A stretch of 61,468 bases of DNA from Candidatus Kapaibacterium sp. (GCA_026390655.1 JAPLFN010000123.1:1-61468); one strand, 5' to 3'; positions 8,280 through 17,257 are shown, numbered from the stretch's first letter. Program-made: numbers and translations. The notes: a model not told the origin generated them from the letters alone.

Positions 8280-9661
8280 CGAGCAAGCACCCATTCATTC
8301 CGATGAAGACCGAGCTCCTCACGTGAGAGGTCTCGGGCGGGGTCAACTAGGAGAGCACTTGGAGCCCCGTTCAATGTCACCCATACCTCAGCTGTCACCA
8401 GTGGATCGTGCATGCCGGCTGATGCATAGTGATCGTGCAGAAAGTGAGCGTACTGCAGAATCATGTCCGGTTGTGTTGACATTTGACGCTCTTGAAGTGC
8501 GTTCAGGAACAACGCGTTGTCAACTACTCCCTTCCTGCCCGACGTTCGGTCTTCAACGGTAAACGTTGCAACACCTGTCTTCTCCATCAGCATCACACGC
8601 CAGGAAAAACGATAGCCCTCTTCTGTCCACATGAGTTCGCCTGGATAGAGCATGTATCGCAGTGGCAAGAGAATCTGGAAGATGAAAAAGAAGATGAGAG
8701 CAGGTAGCGAGAGAGCATGCTCTCGCGCGACCGTATGCAGGATGGGCGCGACCGTATGCCGGATGGGCGCGACCGTATGCCGAGCGGGCGCGAGAGCATG
8801 CTCTCGCGCGACCTTCAAGTCATGCTCTCGCGCGACCTTATCGGAAAAGAATACTAATGCCATCACGATCATCAGTAGTGGGAACACTCCGATCTGGAAG
8901 AGCATCGACGTAATGACGTGAAAGACGACGACTGCTATGTAAGCCACGAGCCGCGTTTGTTTCCACGAAAGGAGAAACGGAGTGCTGATATCGAACACCA
9001 TGCCGGCCCATGCAAACACCCATGGTAGCCACCAGAGCGTCATGAGTGGACCTATCACAGCAACATCGGACTGTGCAGGCAGCCAGATGCGCAGAGGCAT
9101 TGCATCGATGAGCCAGCTCGATGTGATCTTTGCAACTCCGGCATAGAAGTACACGATGCCAACTTGAAGCTTGAAGATATCGAGCATCCACCGAGGTGCT
9201 CGCTCCGATCGTAGTTCTGGATTTCTCCAAACATCTACCGAGAAGGCTCGATGAGCAGGAGCGCAACACAACAGAAGAGCGATCAGCGTTACGAAGTAAT
9301 AGTGGTTGAGGTAGTACGTTTTGTCGATGAGCTCTATGTACGTGAAGCACAACAGGAACATCACAGAGCTCGCACGATACCAAGCACCAAGCATTATGCC
9401 GATCGCGCCGGCGGTCATTACGCTGTAGAGAACATACATTCCCGGGGAGCCGAGTGAAACCACCCATTCAAACCCCTGATATGGGAAATGAATAGATGGC
9501 TTCACGTACTGTGCATCGATCCAGCCAAGCATCATGAAACGGATGCACGATATCGTCACTACACAACCGAACAGCACCCGAAGCAGGGCTAGGGGTGCTG
9601 TTGAAACGTCTTGGTGCAGATAGGCTGTGATGGTGGAACGAACGTTAATCTCCGTCACCAC
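8276..9661 (-). CDS. HTTM domain (vitamin K-dependent gamma-carboxylase-like) membrane protein
   Basis: 461-aa ORF with a GTG start. N-terminus APLALLRVLFGCVVTISCIRFMMLGWIDAQYVKPSIHFPYQGFEW and C-terminal WTEEGYRFSWRVMLMEKTG...PDMILQYAHFL match my recollection of HTTM proteins. Carries an internal repeat insertion (see 8703..8838). Confidence 0.75.
   Translation of the reverse strand: MVTEINVRSTITAYLHQDVSTAPLALLRVLFGCVVTISCIRFMMLGWIDAQYVKPSIHFPYQGFEWVVSLGSPGMYVLYSVMTAGAIGIMLGAWYRASSVMFLLCFTYIELIDKTYYLNHYYFVTLIALLLCCAPAHRAFSVDVWRNPELRSERAPRWMLDIFKLQVGIVYFYAGVAKITSSWLIDAMPLRIWLPAQSDVAVIGPLMTLWWLPWVFAWAGMVFDISTPFLLSWKQTRLVAYIAVVVFHVITSMLFQIGVFPLLMIVMALVFFSDKVAREHDLKVAREHALAPARHTVAPIRHTVAPILHTVAREHALSLPALIFFFIFQILLPLRYMLYPGELMWTEEGYRFSWRVMLMEKTGVATFTVEDRTSGRKGVVDNALFLNALQERQMSTQPDMILQYAHFLHDHYASAGMHDPLVTAEVWVTLNGAPSALLVDPARDLSREELGLHRNEWVLAR
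8703..8838. repeat. intragenic repeat block with 18/21/24-nt periodicity and GAGAGCATGCTCTC palindromes
   Basis: CGCGACC recurs at 8726, 8747, 8768, 8807 and 8831, with the variant CGCGAG at 8789. Spacings are 21, 21, 21, 18 and 24 nt. The perfect 14-bp palindrome GAGAGCATGCTCTC occurs at 8711-8724 and again near 8793-8806. The block encodes KVAREHDLKVAREHALAPARHTVAPIRHTVAPILHTVAREHAL on the minus strand. Confidence 0.9.
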
Positions 9662-10760
9662 TGCTATAGGTTATCGATATTCCGAGGAGAGACGACATCT
9701 CGCTTTTAAAGAATCTCGTGAGTTTCTGAAGCTGAGTGTTAAGGGGCTCAACAGCTCCAGGATTCGTCGATACAAGCACAGAAAGCGATGTTGATGTCCC
9801 AAGCGCATCAAAGGCTGACGTAACCGCAATGATCTGGTTCTCTGTATCAGCGATCAATCGATCCCCGTATGCCACTGTTTTGAGGTAGGCACGGAAAGAA
9901 GGGAATGTGTCGCCCGTTGCAGTGCGTCCGTACCAGAGATCTACCACTGCATCAAACTGCGCACGTGCTAACTGGAGCGACGTTGCTTGATGATACGCTT
10001 CTACACGTAGTGGCTCAGTGGTAGACTGACCGGCCCGTTTCCCTAAGGGCAATGCGATCTTGAAGTTCTTCAACAACTCATACCCGATGTTGAAGTGGTT
10101 GAACACCAGACTTAGTGAGCTCCCTGCATCGGTGCCGGAACGATCGATGAAGGATTGACGGTACGGGCCCACCCACGCTGAATGAACAATACTCACTTCC
10201 ACCAGTATTGCGTTAGCAACAGCCTTTACATATGATCGTCGGTTCGCACCAACCACATCACGTAACGCTGTTGTTACTTCTTCCGCAGTTCCATTGAACA
10301 GCAGATAGTCGAGTGCAGAAAGCCCCCTTGTATCGCGTCGGAAATTTTGAAAAGTGGTGTCCCCCTCAGCGATAAACGTCTCTATCGCAGAGGTGTTGAC
10401 AGGAAACGTAGACACGTTTTCAACGAGTGTGCCTAGTGGACCCTCGGCCGGACCGAAGTTGTACGAGATCACCTTTTGCCATTGCACTGTGAGCGACGAG
10501 ACTGATTTCCTGAGTCTCTCTATTTCAACGACTGTCGGCGTGGAGTTGTCTGCTAACGCGATTGTTTGTTCCACTACTTCTGTTGCGCGAGCATGGAGTT
10601 CTGCGAACGACGGAATAATGAGCTTGTCAGCAACACCCTTCAGCATCGCTTGTCTATCAAACCGGTCTACCTGCGTTGAATTGCCAGAGTCGTCACATGC
10701 ACATATAACGCAGGTAATCAGCGAGAAGAGAAAAATGAAGACGGGCGTTGAAGGCTTCAT
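9645..10760 (-). CDS. imelysin-like (peptidase M75 family) lipoprotein
   Basis: 371-aa ORF with lipoprotein signal MKPSTPVFIFLFSLITCVICACDD. The size, helical composition and position between a DUF4856-like gene and an HTTM gene fit the imelysin-type cluster. The family call is from recollection only. Confidence 0.55.
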   Translation of the reverse strand: MKPSTPVFIFLFSLITCVICACDDSGNSTQVDRFDRQAMLKGVADKLIIPSFAELHARATEVVEQTIALADNSTPTVVEIERLRKSVSSLTVQWQKVISYNFGPAEGPLGTLVENVSTFPVNTSAIETFIAEGDTTFQNFRRDTRGLSALDYLLFNGTAEEVTTALRDVVGANRRSYVKAVANAILVEVSIVHSAWVGPYRQSFIDRSGTDAGSSLSLVFNHFNIGYELLKNFKIALPLGKRAGQSTTEPLRVEAYHQATSLQLARAQFDAVVDLWYGRTATGDTFPSFRAYLKTVAYGDRLIADTENQIIAVTSAFDALGTSTSLSVLVSTNPGAVEPLNTQLQKLTRFFKSEMSSLLGISITYSSGDGD

Positions 10761-11863
10761 TTGCGATTCTGTACAGCGACCCAGTTTGACTTGAATGATT
10801 CCATTTCAGCTGGCGTAAATCCGTATACGGATGCGATCGAGGTAGCTGCCTCGAGAAGCGTCGGTAGATTCAGAAATGGGCTTTGCCAGAACTTCCAGCA
10901 TGAAACCGGCCCGTCCGCCGGGAGACCGATTGAAATGAGAATCGCATTCAGATCTTGCTTCGAGATGATCCTTTGGGAATCCGGTATGTAGGAAAATCCC
11001 TTCAACAGTCCCGCGGCTTCACCAAAAGAATGGATGGCCGAGGCCCTTGTGGCATCGTCCACAGTTGTTGCACTAAGCTTCGAAATCACCGTGAAGAGAT
11101 AGTTCACCGTGGTTGCCATCAAGGCACGCTCCCATTGAACGCGGAAGTCTTTCACAGCGGAGTTGAGGTCTCCTGAATACGAAGATCCTGCTTTTGCGGC
11201 CGCCTGTGCTTTTCGTAACGCAGCTGCTAGCTTGGTATAGAATCCGTTTCCGTCGTTCATATCCCTGCGTGCGGCATAGGCTGCTACAAAGCGATCGGGG
11301 TGGATATCAGCCTTGTCAGAATTCTTGAAAACGGGATGAGCACCAACTACTGCCACAAGCCTGTCGATCGTTGCCGGTGTGATTGTCCCTTGAACGAGAC
11401 CATTCATGCGATACAAGAGCAAGGTTGAAAAGAGCTGCTTCTCAACAAACTCTGTTGCGTCGAGGCCTTCTGCGGTAAAGAGATACGCGCCATAGACACC
11501 GCCTTTACCATTACCCGATGCATCCTTCGTCCAGTCGTAGGTGCCTCCAGAGGCGTTGATAGCGACCTGTACACTGGACCTCATTGCTGAACGCGTGGCA
11601 GGATCAATGCTCGCAGAAAGAGCATCGAACTTCGAGAAGATCTCGGCCTCGTTGAGGAGAACTCCACCCGTCCTACCCTCTTCGAGGGCCTCGATCAGCC
11701 CCTCTAGCCCATCAAGCAATGCAGTTTCGGCGCTTGCATTTATGGCAAATGACGTGGAATCATATGTGGCAGGGACTACGAGCCCCGGCTGAGGATCAGT
11801 ACCACAGGCTTGAATTACTACGATTAGGAGGCAAAACAGAGAGAACTTCAACAAACTCGACAT
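10757..11863 (-). CDS. DUF4856-like lipoprotein (first gene of the imelysin/HTTM/TonB cluster)
   Basis: 368-aa ORF with lipoprotein signal MSSLLKFSLFCLLIVVIQACG. ATGA overlap (10757-10760) with the downstream imelysin-like gene. Confidence 0.5.
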   Translation of the reverse strand: MSSLLKFSLFCLLIVVIQACGTDPQPGLVVPATYDSTSFAINASAETALLDGLEGLIEALEEGRTGGVLLNEAEIFSKFDALSASIDPATRSAMRSSVQVAINASGGTYDWTKDASGNGKGGVYGAYLFTAEGLDATEFVEKQLFSTLLLYRMNGLVQGTITPATIDRLVAVVGAHPVFKNSDKADIHPDRFVAAYAARRDMNDGNGFYTKLAAALRKAQAAAKAGSSYSGDLNSAVKDFRVQWERALMATTVNYLFTVISKLSATTVDDATRASAIHSFGEAAGLLKGFSYIPDSQRIISKQDLNAILISIGLPADGPVSCWKFWQSPFLNLPTLLEAATSIASVYGFTPAEMESFKSNWVAVQNRK

Positions 11864-11949
11864 TTCGGACCCTTTTAACTGCGACTAGAATGGTCCGAAT
11901 TTAATGCTTATCTGGACTTAGTCCAAATAAAAAGAATGAAATGTTGCAC

Positions 11950-13737
11950 TTACATTCCTGCGGCCTTGGTCAGGCCTGACCGAACCGGAAACCAGATGGT
12001 CTGCATAAACGCTGCATCGGCAGGAAGTGTGTACTTGATCACCCCATCCTTGTAGTCCTCACCGTCATTATCATTCTTGATCGCTAGCCAGTTAGCCACG
12101 AACGAGACAAACACGTTAAAAATTCCGCCCGTCTTTTTTGACTCCTTGTTCACGAGGTCGATATACAGGTTTGTAAAATGAGGCGAGACCTTCCCTGTGC
12201 ACGCGCGACCACGCACTTTGTAGTCAAATGAGGCCGAACTGGCTATCCCGCTACGAATACGAACGTTTTCCGCGATAGGCAGAAAGGTGTTCAAGGACGT
12301 AACATCGGTGCGGCCCAGGGAGCCCCTTGCATCAAGGACATATGTAGGAGAGGTAAGAGGGATAACAAACGTGGCCTCCATCGTGGCTTGGTCTTGAAAC
12401 CGTCCACGAGCGGTGATCGTGAAGGGGGCTCCCTGATCCGTGATGTTCCGAAGACCAGTGGCCGTTGCGGAAACACCCTTCCATGAAAGCGTGGCTGGGG
12501 TGGCACTATGTGACCACCTCTCCCCGTAGTGAATCGATGTACCCTTTACAACGAGGCTATCAACGGCAAGCTGGAACGGCAATGACTGCGCAAGTTGGTT
12601 GAGCATTTTTTGTGGTGCAGCCTTTGGATTGCTTCGCAATCGCTTGTTGCTAAGAATGTCGAGCTCAAGTGTTCCAACATCTATAGTCTGTACATGAAGA
12701 GCCGTGCGTGCTTGAAGCGCTTTGAAGTCTATCTCGCGGAGTAACACGGCACCACCCTTCACCCTAAATCTGTCGCTATTGAATTTCTGTGCCGCAAAGT
12801 AGTCATCGTCTTTCTGCGACGGACCAAGCGCGAAGGTTCCAATTGAGAGCTCACGAGTTCGATACGAGAATCGTATTGCCGTTGCCGAGTATGTGTATTC
12901 GAGAGGTAAACGCAGATCTATGCTGTCAACGACAAGTGAACTGTCCTTGTCACTTACAAGAACGTGGAGGCCGCGAGTATGGATACTTCTCTTATCAGTG
13001 TACTCCCGAAGCCAAGATGCAACACTCACTTCAACACTTTCGATCGGTCTCACACCTGGCTTCGACGCATCAACCGTGATCGCACCCACCCTAAGTGATA
13101 GATCGTGGATCCGGCCTCTGTACAGCGCGGCTGGGTTGTCATCACTATTCTTAAAGTCCACGTCCGACACTCGGATGCCACCTATGGTAAGGGGCTGAAC
13201 ATAGCTCGGAACGAGATCCACGAAAATCTGTCGCATGAGCGAGTCCACATCCGGCATCCTCGGCAATTGCATCGAGCTTGTATCATGTGCGTCAAGGTCG
13301 AGCGAATCTATAGCTTGCCCCCAGGCTTGATGGGCAATGGTTGGATGGTCAATCATGATCGTACCAAGCGACAGTCCACCTCCGTTGAGAATATCCCACG
13401 GGTAGAGGCCACTCACAGAAATGAGCGGAATGTCTACAGAGACATTTCGGCCACGCGCTTCGGTGCTGTCATGATATCCAACACGAACACGATGCACATC
13501 GAGTGAGCCGGAGAAGAATGTGTAGTTGATGTCACCGAGCTCAATGGAGAGCTTTCCGGAGGATAAAGACTCGGCGCCACTCTTTACTCGTGACTGGATG
13601 TATTCGACGATCGCATCGTGGATGTTCTTATTGATTCTGTCCGAAAACAGACCATACACACCAAATCCGCATGCAACTGTGGTAACGAGCACCGCTAAGG
13701 AGATCAATACCAGACGTTTCCAAGACGGCCTCTTCAC
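11950..13737 (-). CDS. membrane-anchored hypothetical protein (possibly AsmA/DUF748-like)
   Basis: 595-aa ORF with a single N-terminal TM (WKRLVLISLAVLVTTVACGFGVYGLF), then a long beta-rich region. No catalytic motif recognised. Confidence 0.6.
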   Translation of the reverse strand: MKRPSWKRLVLISLAVLVTTVACGFGVYGLFSDRINKNIHDAIVEYIQSRVKSGAESLSSGKLSIELGDINYTFFSGSLDVHRVRVGYHDSTEARGRNVSVDIPLISVSGLYPWDILNGGGLSLGTIMIDHPTIAHQAWGQAIDSLDLDAHDTSSMQLPRMPDVDSLMRQIFVDLVPSYVQPLTIGGIRVSDVDFKNSDDNPAALYRGRIHDLSLRVGAITVDASKPGVRPIESVEVSVASWLREYTDKRSIHTRGLHVLVSDKDSSLVVDSIDLRLPLEYTYSATAIRFSYRTRELSIGTFALGPSQKDDDYFAAQKFNSDRFRVKGGAVLLREIDFKALQARTALHVQTIDVGTLELDILSNKRLRSNPKAAPQKMLNQLAQSLPFQLAVDSLVVKGTSIHYGERWSHSATPATLSWKGVSATATGLRNITDQGAPFTITARGRFQDQATMEATFVIPLTSPTYVLDARGSLGRTDVTSLNTFLPIAENVRIRSGIASSASFDYKVRGRACTGKVSPHFTNLYIDLVNKESKKTGGIFNVFVSFVANWLAIKNDNDGEDYKDGVIKYTLPADAAFMQTIWFPVRSGLTKAAGM

Positions 13738-13774
13738 AACAACTCCAGTGGAACGGTGTAGTTCTCAATTCGAG

Positions 13775-14320
13775 ATGTCACATAATGACTTCTCCAGCGC
13801 ACGAAGATATCGAACCCTTTCTTTACTATCGGAGGACACAATGCATAGAGATTCGGAAAGCTTTGGACTACACCTCATCATCCTGCCGGCACCCTCCGGA
13901 CGTATTCCAACATCGGCCGCAGACGAGCTTTCATCAACGGCGGAGCATGTAGCCATGATGTTCCAATTTGAGTTCAAAGCAAGTTATTTTCAGGAAGATC
14001 ACGCCCACTTATTGGTGACCGCAACAGCAAAGGACGACGTACCCGGCTTCATCGGTGCACTCTTGGATGAGTTACGTAGCGTGATCGTTGCATGTGGCGG
14101 ACCCTTTCGCCGATTCACTTGGGACGAGGCAGTTCACGTCACGCTTCTACCCCCATGGCATGTTGAGATCTTGGCAAGTTTTGTTCGTGACCAAGATCGA
14201 TATCACCAAACGCGCACTTTAGAACAAGAACTAGACGAGGTCTTCCGTCCGAATGCACTAGAGCCACCGGAAGAAATGCGTGAGCCTCGCATTCTATTTT
14301 CTGCGGACGCAGCCAATTGA
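13775..14320 (+). CDS. divergent HUH / Y1 (IS200-RAYT-like) transposase-like protein
   Basis: ORF 13526..14320 trimmed to ATG 13775 (or 13841), because the longer form overlaps the opposite-strand gene. IS200-like layout: FGLHLIILPAPSGR..., HUH motif EDHAHLLVTA (HAH at 14000-14008), and a C-terminal helix ILASFVRDQDRYH where Y1 transposases carry (K/R)YIxNQ. Confidence 0.45.
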   Translation: MSHNDFSSARRYRTLSLLSEDTMHRDSESFGLHLIILPAPSGRIPTSAADELSSTAEHVAMMFQFEFKASYFQEDHAHLLVTATAKDDVPGFIGALLDELRSVIVACGGPFRRFTWDEAVHVTLLPPWHVEILASFVRDQDRYHQTRTLEQELDEVFRPNALEPPEEMREPRILFSADAAN

Positions 14321-15622
14321 TCAGCCGAGATCCTTTACCTGCCCAGATGCAACGAGCATCATTGCGTCAGCAAAACGCTCAACCTCTGATACCGTGGTGT
14401 ACACGGAGGGGGCTATGCGTAGCCCCTTAAACTCATCATGGACGATCGCTACGGTAAAGATGCGATGCTTGTCGAGAAGGTAGGTCGAGAGCTTTCCGGG
14501 ATCCGTGCCTTCGATGTGAACGAGGCGAAGTCCGCATTGATTTGCATCATCCTTGATGTTCGTAAGAAAACGCACGGATTGCATCGAACCCAAACGGTCA
14601 GTCCAAATAGAATGCAAATAGCGCAGACGTGCTGCCTTTCTCTCTACTCCAAGTGCGCGATGAAAGGTGATCGACTCAATTAGCGAATTATGGATGGCTG
14701 CCGGATGTGTACCGATCTCCTCAAATTTCCGGATGTTGGCATCTTGCTCTTTGGGAGCTGCCATAAGCGGCCATATGGAGGGAATACGATCCTTCTTTAC
14801 ATACAACATCCCGGTGCCGATGGGTCCAACGAACCACTTATGCAACGATGTGCCGAAGAACTCGCATTCAAGATCTTTTTGTGTGAACGGGAAATGAGCA
14901 AATGAATGCGCACCGTCCACAAAACACAGGACACCACGTTCCTTTGCGAGTCGACAAATATCCCTCACTGGCATGATCTGTCCTGTCAAGAACACGACGT
15001 GCGAAATGTGGATCACCTTTGTACGCGGTGTGATGGCTGCCGCAATTGCGTCAACTGCATCTTGACTATTCATGAGAGGGACGGGAAACTTCACTTTCTT
15101 AACCACGATTCCATCTCGGCGAACGCGCTGATCCCATGCTGTAAGCATACGCGGGTAATCCTGCGTGGTGGTCACTACTTCGTCACCCTTTTCCATCGGC
15201 AAGCCCATCTGCAAAGACTGGAGCGACTCACTAGCATTGCGCGTGACGGCAACCTCTTCAGGGTTTACACTGAAGATAGACGCCAGTCCATCCCGAACGG
15301 TTTCAATCATCGGCTCTTGATGGCGCCAAAGCTCATACGCCGGAATTCCATTTGCTTGCTCGGTGTAGCGACGCATCGCGTCCTGCACGGTTCTGGGTGA
15401 TGGAGACACGCCTCCATTGTTGAGGTTCACGATCGTTCGGTCAACTGCAAATGCCTGCTGTACAGTCAACCAGAAGTCTTCGTCCCGCGCGGCATCTGCA
15501 GCTGAAATGCCCGGTAGTGCAGTTGACATCCAATGCGTCACCGCGTGCAAAGCCTGCGAACCAAACAACGCCGTTGGGCCGAAGGCGGCGATCGACTTTA
15601 GGACAGATCTTCGTGATGTCAT
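14321..15622 (-). CDS. class V aminotransferase-fold PLP enzyme (cysteine desulfurase / isopenicillin-N epimerase-like) with Tat signal
   Basis: 433-aa ORF. Twin-arginine signal MTSRRSVLKSIAAFGPTALFGSQALHA. Class V fold pattern with SLHKW (putative PLP-lysine context). Confidence 0.8.
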   Translation of the reverse strand: MTSRRSVLKSIAAFGPTALFGSQALHAVTHWMSTALPGISAADAARDEDFWLTVQQAFAVDRTIVNLNNGGVSPSPRTVQDAMRRYTEQANGIPAYELWRHQEPMIETVRDGLASIFSVNPEEVAVTRNASESLQSLQMGLPMEKGDEVVTTTQDYPRMLTAWDQRVRRDGIVVKKVKFPVPLMNSQDAVDAIAAAITPRTKVIHISHVVFLTGQIMPVRDICRLAKERGVLCFVDGAHSFAHFPFTQKDLECEFFGTSLHKWFVGPIGTGMLYVKKDRIPSIWPLMAAPKEQDANIRKFEEIGTHPAAIHNSLIESITFHRALGVERKAARLRYLHSIWTDRLGSMQSVRFLTNIKDDANQCGLRLVHIEGTDPGKLSTYLLDKHRIFTVAIVHDEFKGLRIAPSVYTTVSEVERFADAMMLVASGQVKDLG

Positions 15623-15633
15623 GGTAGCCCCCT

Positions 15634-16128
15634 TTACCGTTTACGAATTCCGATCGCACCGATCAACGAGGCGATCGTACCTACCAACAGTGGAATAATT
15701 GCGCTGATCACATAGAAAGATGGGGATGCGAAGATGAGCTTCGCTACATGAACTTCCTGTATCAAGAGAGCGCCAGTGTGACCTTGGGATCTGGCCTGCG
15801 CTTCGGCATATCCATGCATGAGACCGAAATAATCAGGGAACATCACCCCGATGAACAAGACCCAGACGATGAATAAACCTGTCATCGAGGATGCGGACGT
15901 GATCAGCCCGGTTTTCAATGCGGCACCATAGCCGTAGCTCTCCGCTGTGAGCATACGACGGTGAACCATTGAGCCTACGACAACTACTGGTGTGATGACA
16001 AGCCACAGAATCACATTTGCGTGGGACACGCCGGACTCATGTAGACCTATAATCGACTCTCCAACGAGAAAGAGGAGTCCAATAATTGCAGCAATACCAC
16101 CCCAAATGACAGAGACCACAGTTGACAC
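15634..16128 (-). CDS. small 4-TM membrane protein (DUF4199-like)
   Basis: 164-aa ORF with four hydrophobic segments. Size and topology fit Bacteroidota DUF4199. The family call is tentative. Confidence 0.55.
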   Translation of the reverse strand: MSTVVSVIWGGIAAIIGLLFLVGESIIGLHESGVSHANVILWLVITPVVVVGSMVHRRMLTAESYGYGAALKTGLITSASSMTGLFIVWVLFIGVMFPDYFGLMHGYAEAQARSQGHTGALLIQEVHVAKLIFASPSFYVISAIIPLLVGTIASLIGAIGIRKR

Positions 16129-16165
16129 TCCTTATATTCGCAGCTCCACGTACGAAAGTAGCACG

Positions 16166-17257
16166 ATGACACAGACCGCCTTCCATGCCATTCACGTTGC
16201 CGCCGGCGCAAAGATGGTTTCTTTTGCCGGATTCGAGATGCCAATTCAGTATCCGACCGGTATTCTCGCTGAGCATCGTATCGTCCGGACAGGTGTTGGG
16301 GTGTTCGATGTGTCTCATATGGGAGAGTTTATGGTGAAAGGGGCTGACTCGCTCCCTCTCATCCAACTCCTTACAGTGAACGACGCGTCAAAGCTCGCTG
16401 CCGGTAAGGCCCAGTACTCGGCGCTTACTCGGCCCAATGGCGGTATTGTGGACGACCTTCTTGTCTACATGAAGGGGGAGAACGACTACATGCTCGTAGT
16501 GAACGGGGCTAACGTAGACAAGGATTTGGCATGGGTGATGGAGCATGCCGCTCGCTTTGCCGATGTTACGGTCACTGATGAGAGCGCATCCACCCACCTT
16601 TTGGCTGTACAAGGGCCAAAGAGCATCGAGACGCTCAAGAAGCTTACCGATGCGCCTCTAGATGACGTGGCCTACTATGGATTCGTTGAAGGCACGCTAG
16701 CAGGCGTGCCTATGATCCTCTCGCGAACCGGGTACACAGGAGAGATCGGTTTCGAGCTCTATTTCAAGGGTTCGGTAGAGGTTGCAACCGATGTAGTGAA
16801 AGCCATTTTTGATGCCGGCATGGATTATGGCATAGCGTGGATCGGCCTAGGTGCGCGTGACACCCTTCGCCTGGAAAAAGGCTACTGTCTGTATGGGAAT
16901 GATATCACTGACGACACAAACCCGATCGAAGCCGGTCTTGGTTGGATCACGAAGCTTGCCAAGGGGCCGTTCAACGGGAGTGATGTGATTGCTGCCGTCA
17001 AGGCCGATGGACCAACCCGCAAGCTCGTCGGCTTCGTAATGCGGTCCGAGAAACTCATTCCTCGCGGCGGATACTCTATCGTGTCCGCCGGAGAATCCGT
17101 TGGAACCGTCACAAGCGGAAATACCTCGCCTGGGCTTGGCACGGGTATCGGCCTCGGATACGTACCTACGTCTCTTAGCGTTCCAGGCACGATGATCGAG
17201 ATCGCAGCTAGGGGTACCACGTTCCCTGCGGAAGTGGTGAAGATCCCCTTCCTCTGA
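16166..17257 (+). CDS. gcvT: glycine cleavage system aminomethyltransferase T
   Basis: ORF 15992..17257 trimmed to ATG 16166 (MTQTAFHAIHVAAGAKMVSFAGFEMPIQY...VGVFDVSHMGEF). Full-length GcvT-like sequence. Confidence 0.93.
   Translation: MTQTAFHAIHVAAGAKMVSFAGFEMPIQYPTGILAEHRIVRTGVGVFDVSHMGEFMVKGADSLPLIQLLTVNDASKLAAGKAQYSALTRPNGGIVDDLLVYMKGENDYMLVVNGANVDKDLAWVMEHAARFADVTVTDESASTHLLAVQGPKSIETLKKLTDAPLDDVAYYGFVEGTLAGVPMILSRTGYTGEIGFELYFKGSVEVATDVVKAIFDAGMDYGIAWIGLGARDTLRLEKGYCLYGNDITDDTNPIEAGLGWITKLAKGPFNGSDVIAAVKADGPTRKLVGFVMRSEKLIPRGGYSIVSAGESVGTVTSGNTSPGLGTGIGLGYVPTSLSVPGTMIEIAARGTTFPAEVVKIPFL

Noticed and set aside
8838-9467. 209-aa ORF in a different reading frame within HTTM, and similar long internal ORFs lying antisense or in alternative frames (3025-3570, 4357-4887, 34902-35429, 49855-50532, 24399-24851)
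   Set aside because: These are shadow ORFs inside well-supported genes. Their composition is Arg/Ser/Cys-rich and they have no motifs or signal features.
11864-11949. Hairpins upstream of the DUF4856 gene (TTCGGACC...GGTCCGAA; TGGACTtaGTCCA) as a Fur box or terminator
   Set aside because: There is no recognisable Fur-type consensus, and the T-run orientation does not fit a canonical terminator for the neighbouring gene. The evidence is too weak to call.
13526-13774. Long N-terminal extension of the HUH-like ORF
   Set aside because: It overlaps the 5' end of the opposite-strand 11950..13737 gene by more than 200 nt and adds no homologous sequence. Internal ATGs at 13775 or 13841 are preferred.
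16129-16165. Glycine riboswitch upstream of gcvT
   Set aside because: The intergenic gap is 37 nt, which cannot hold even a single glycine aptamer.
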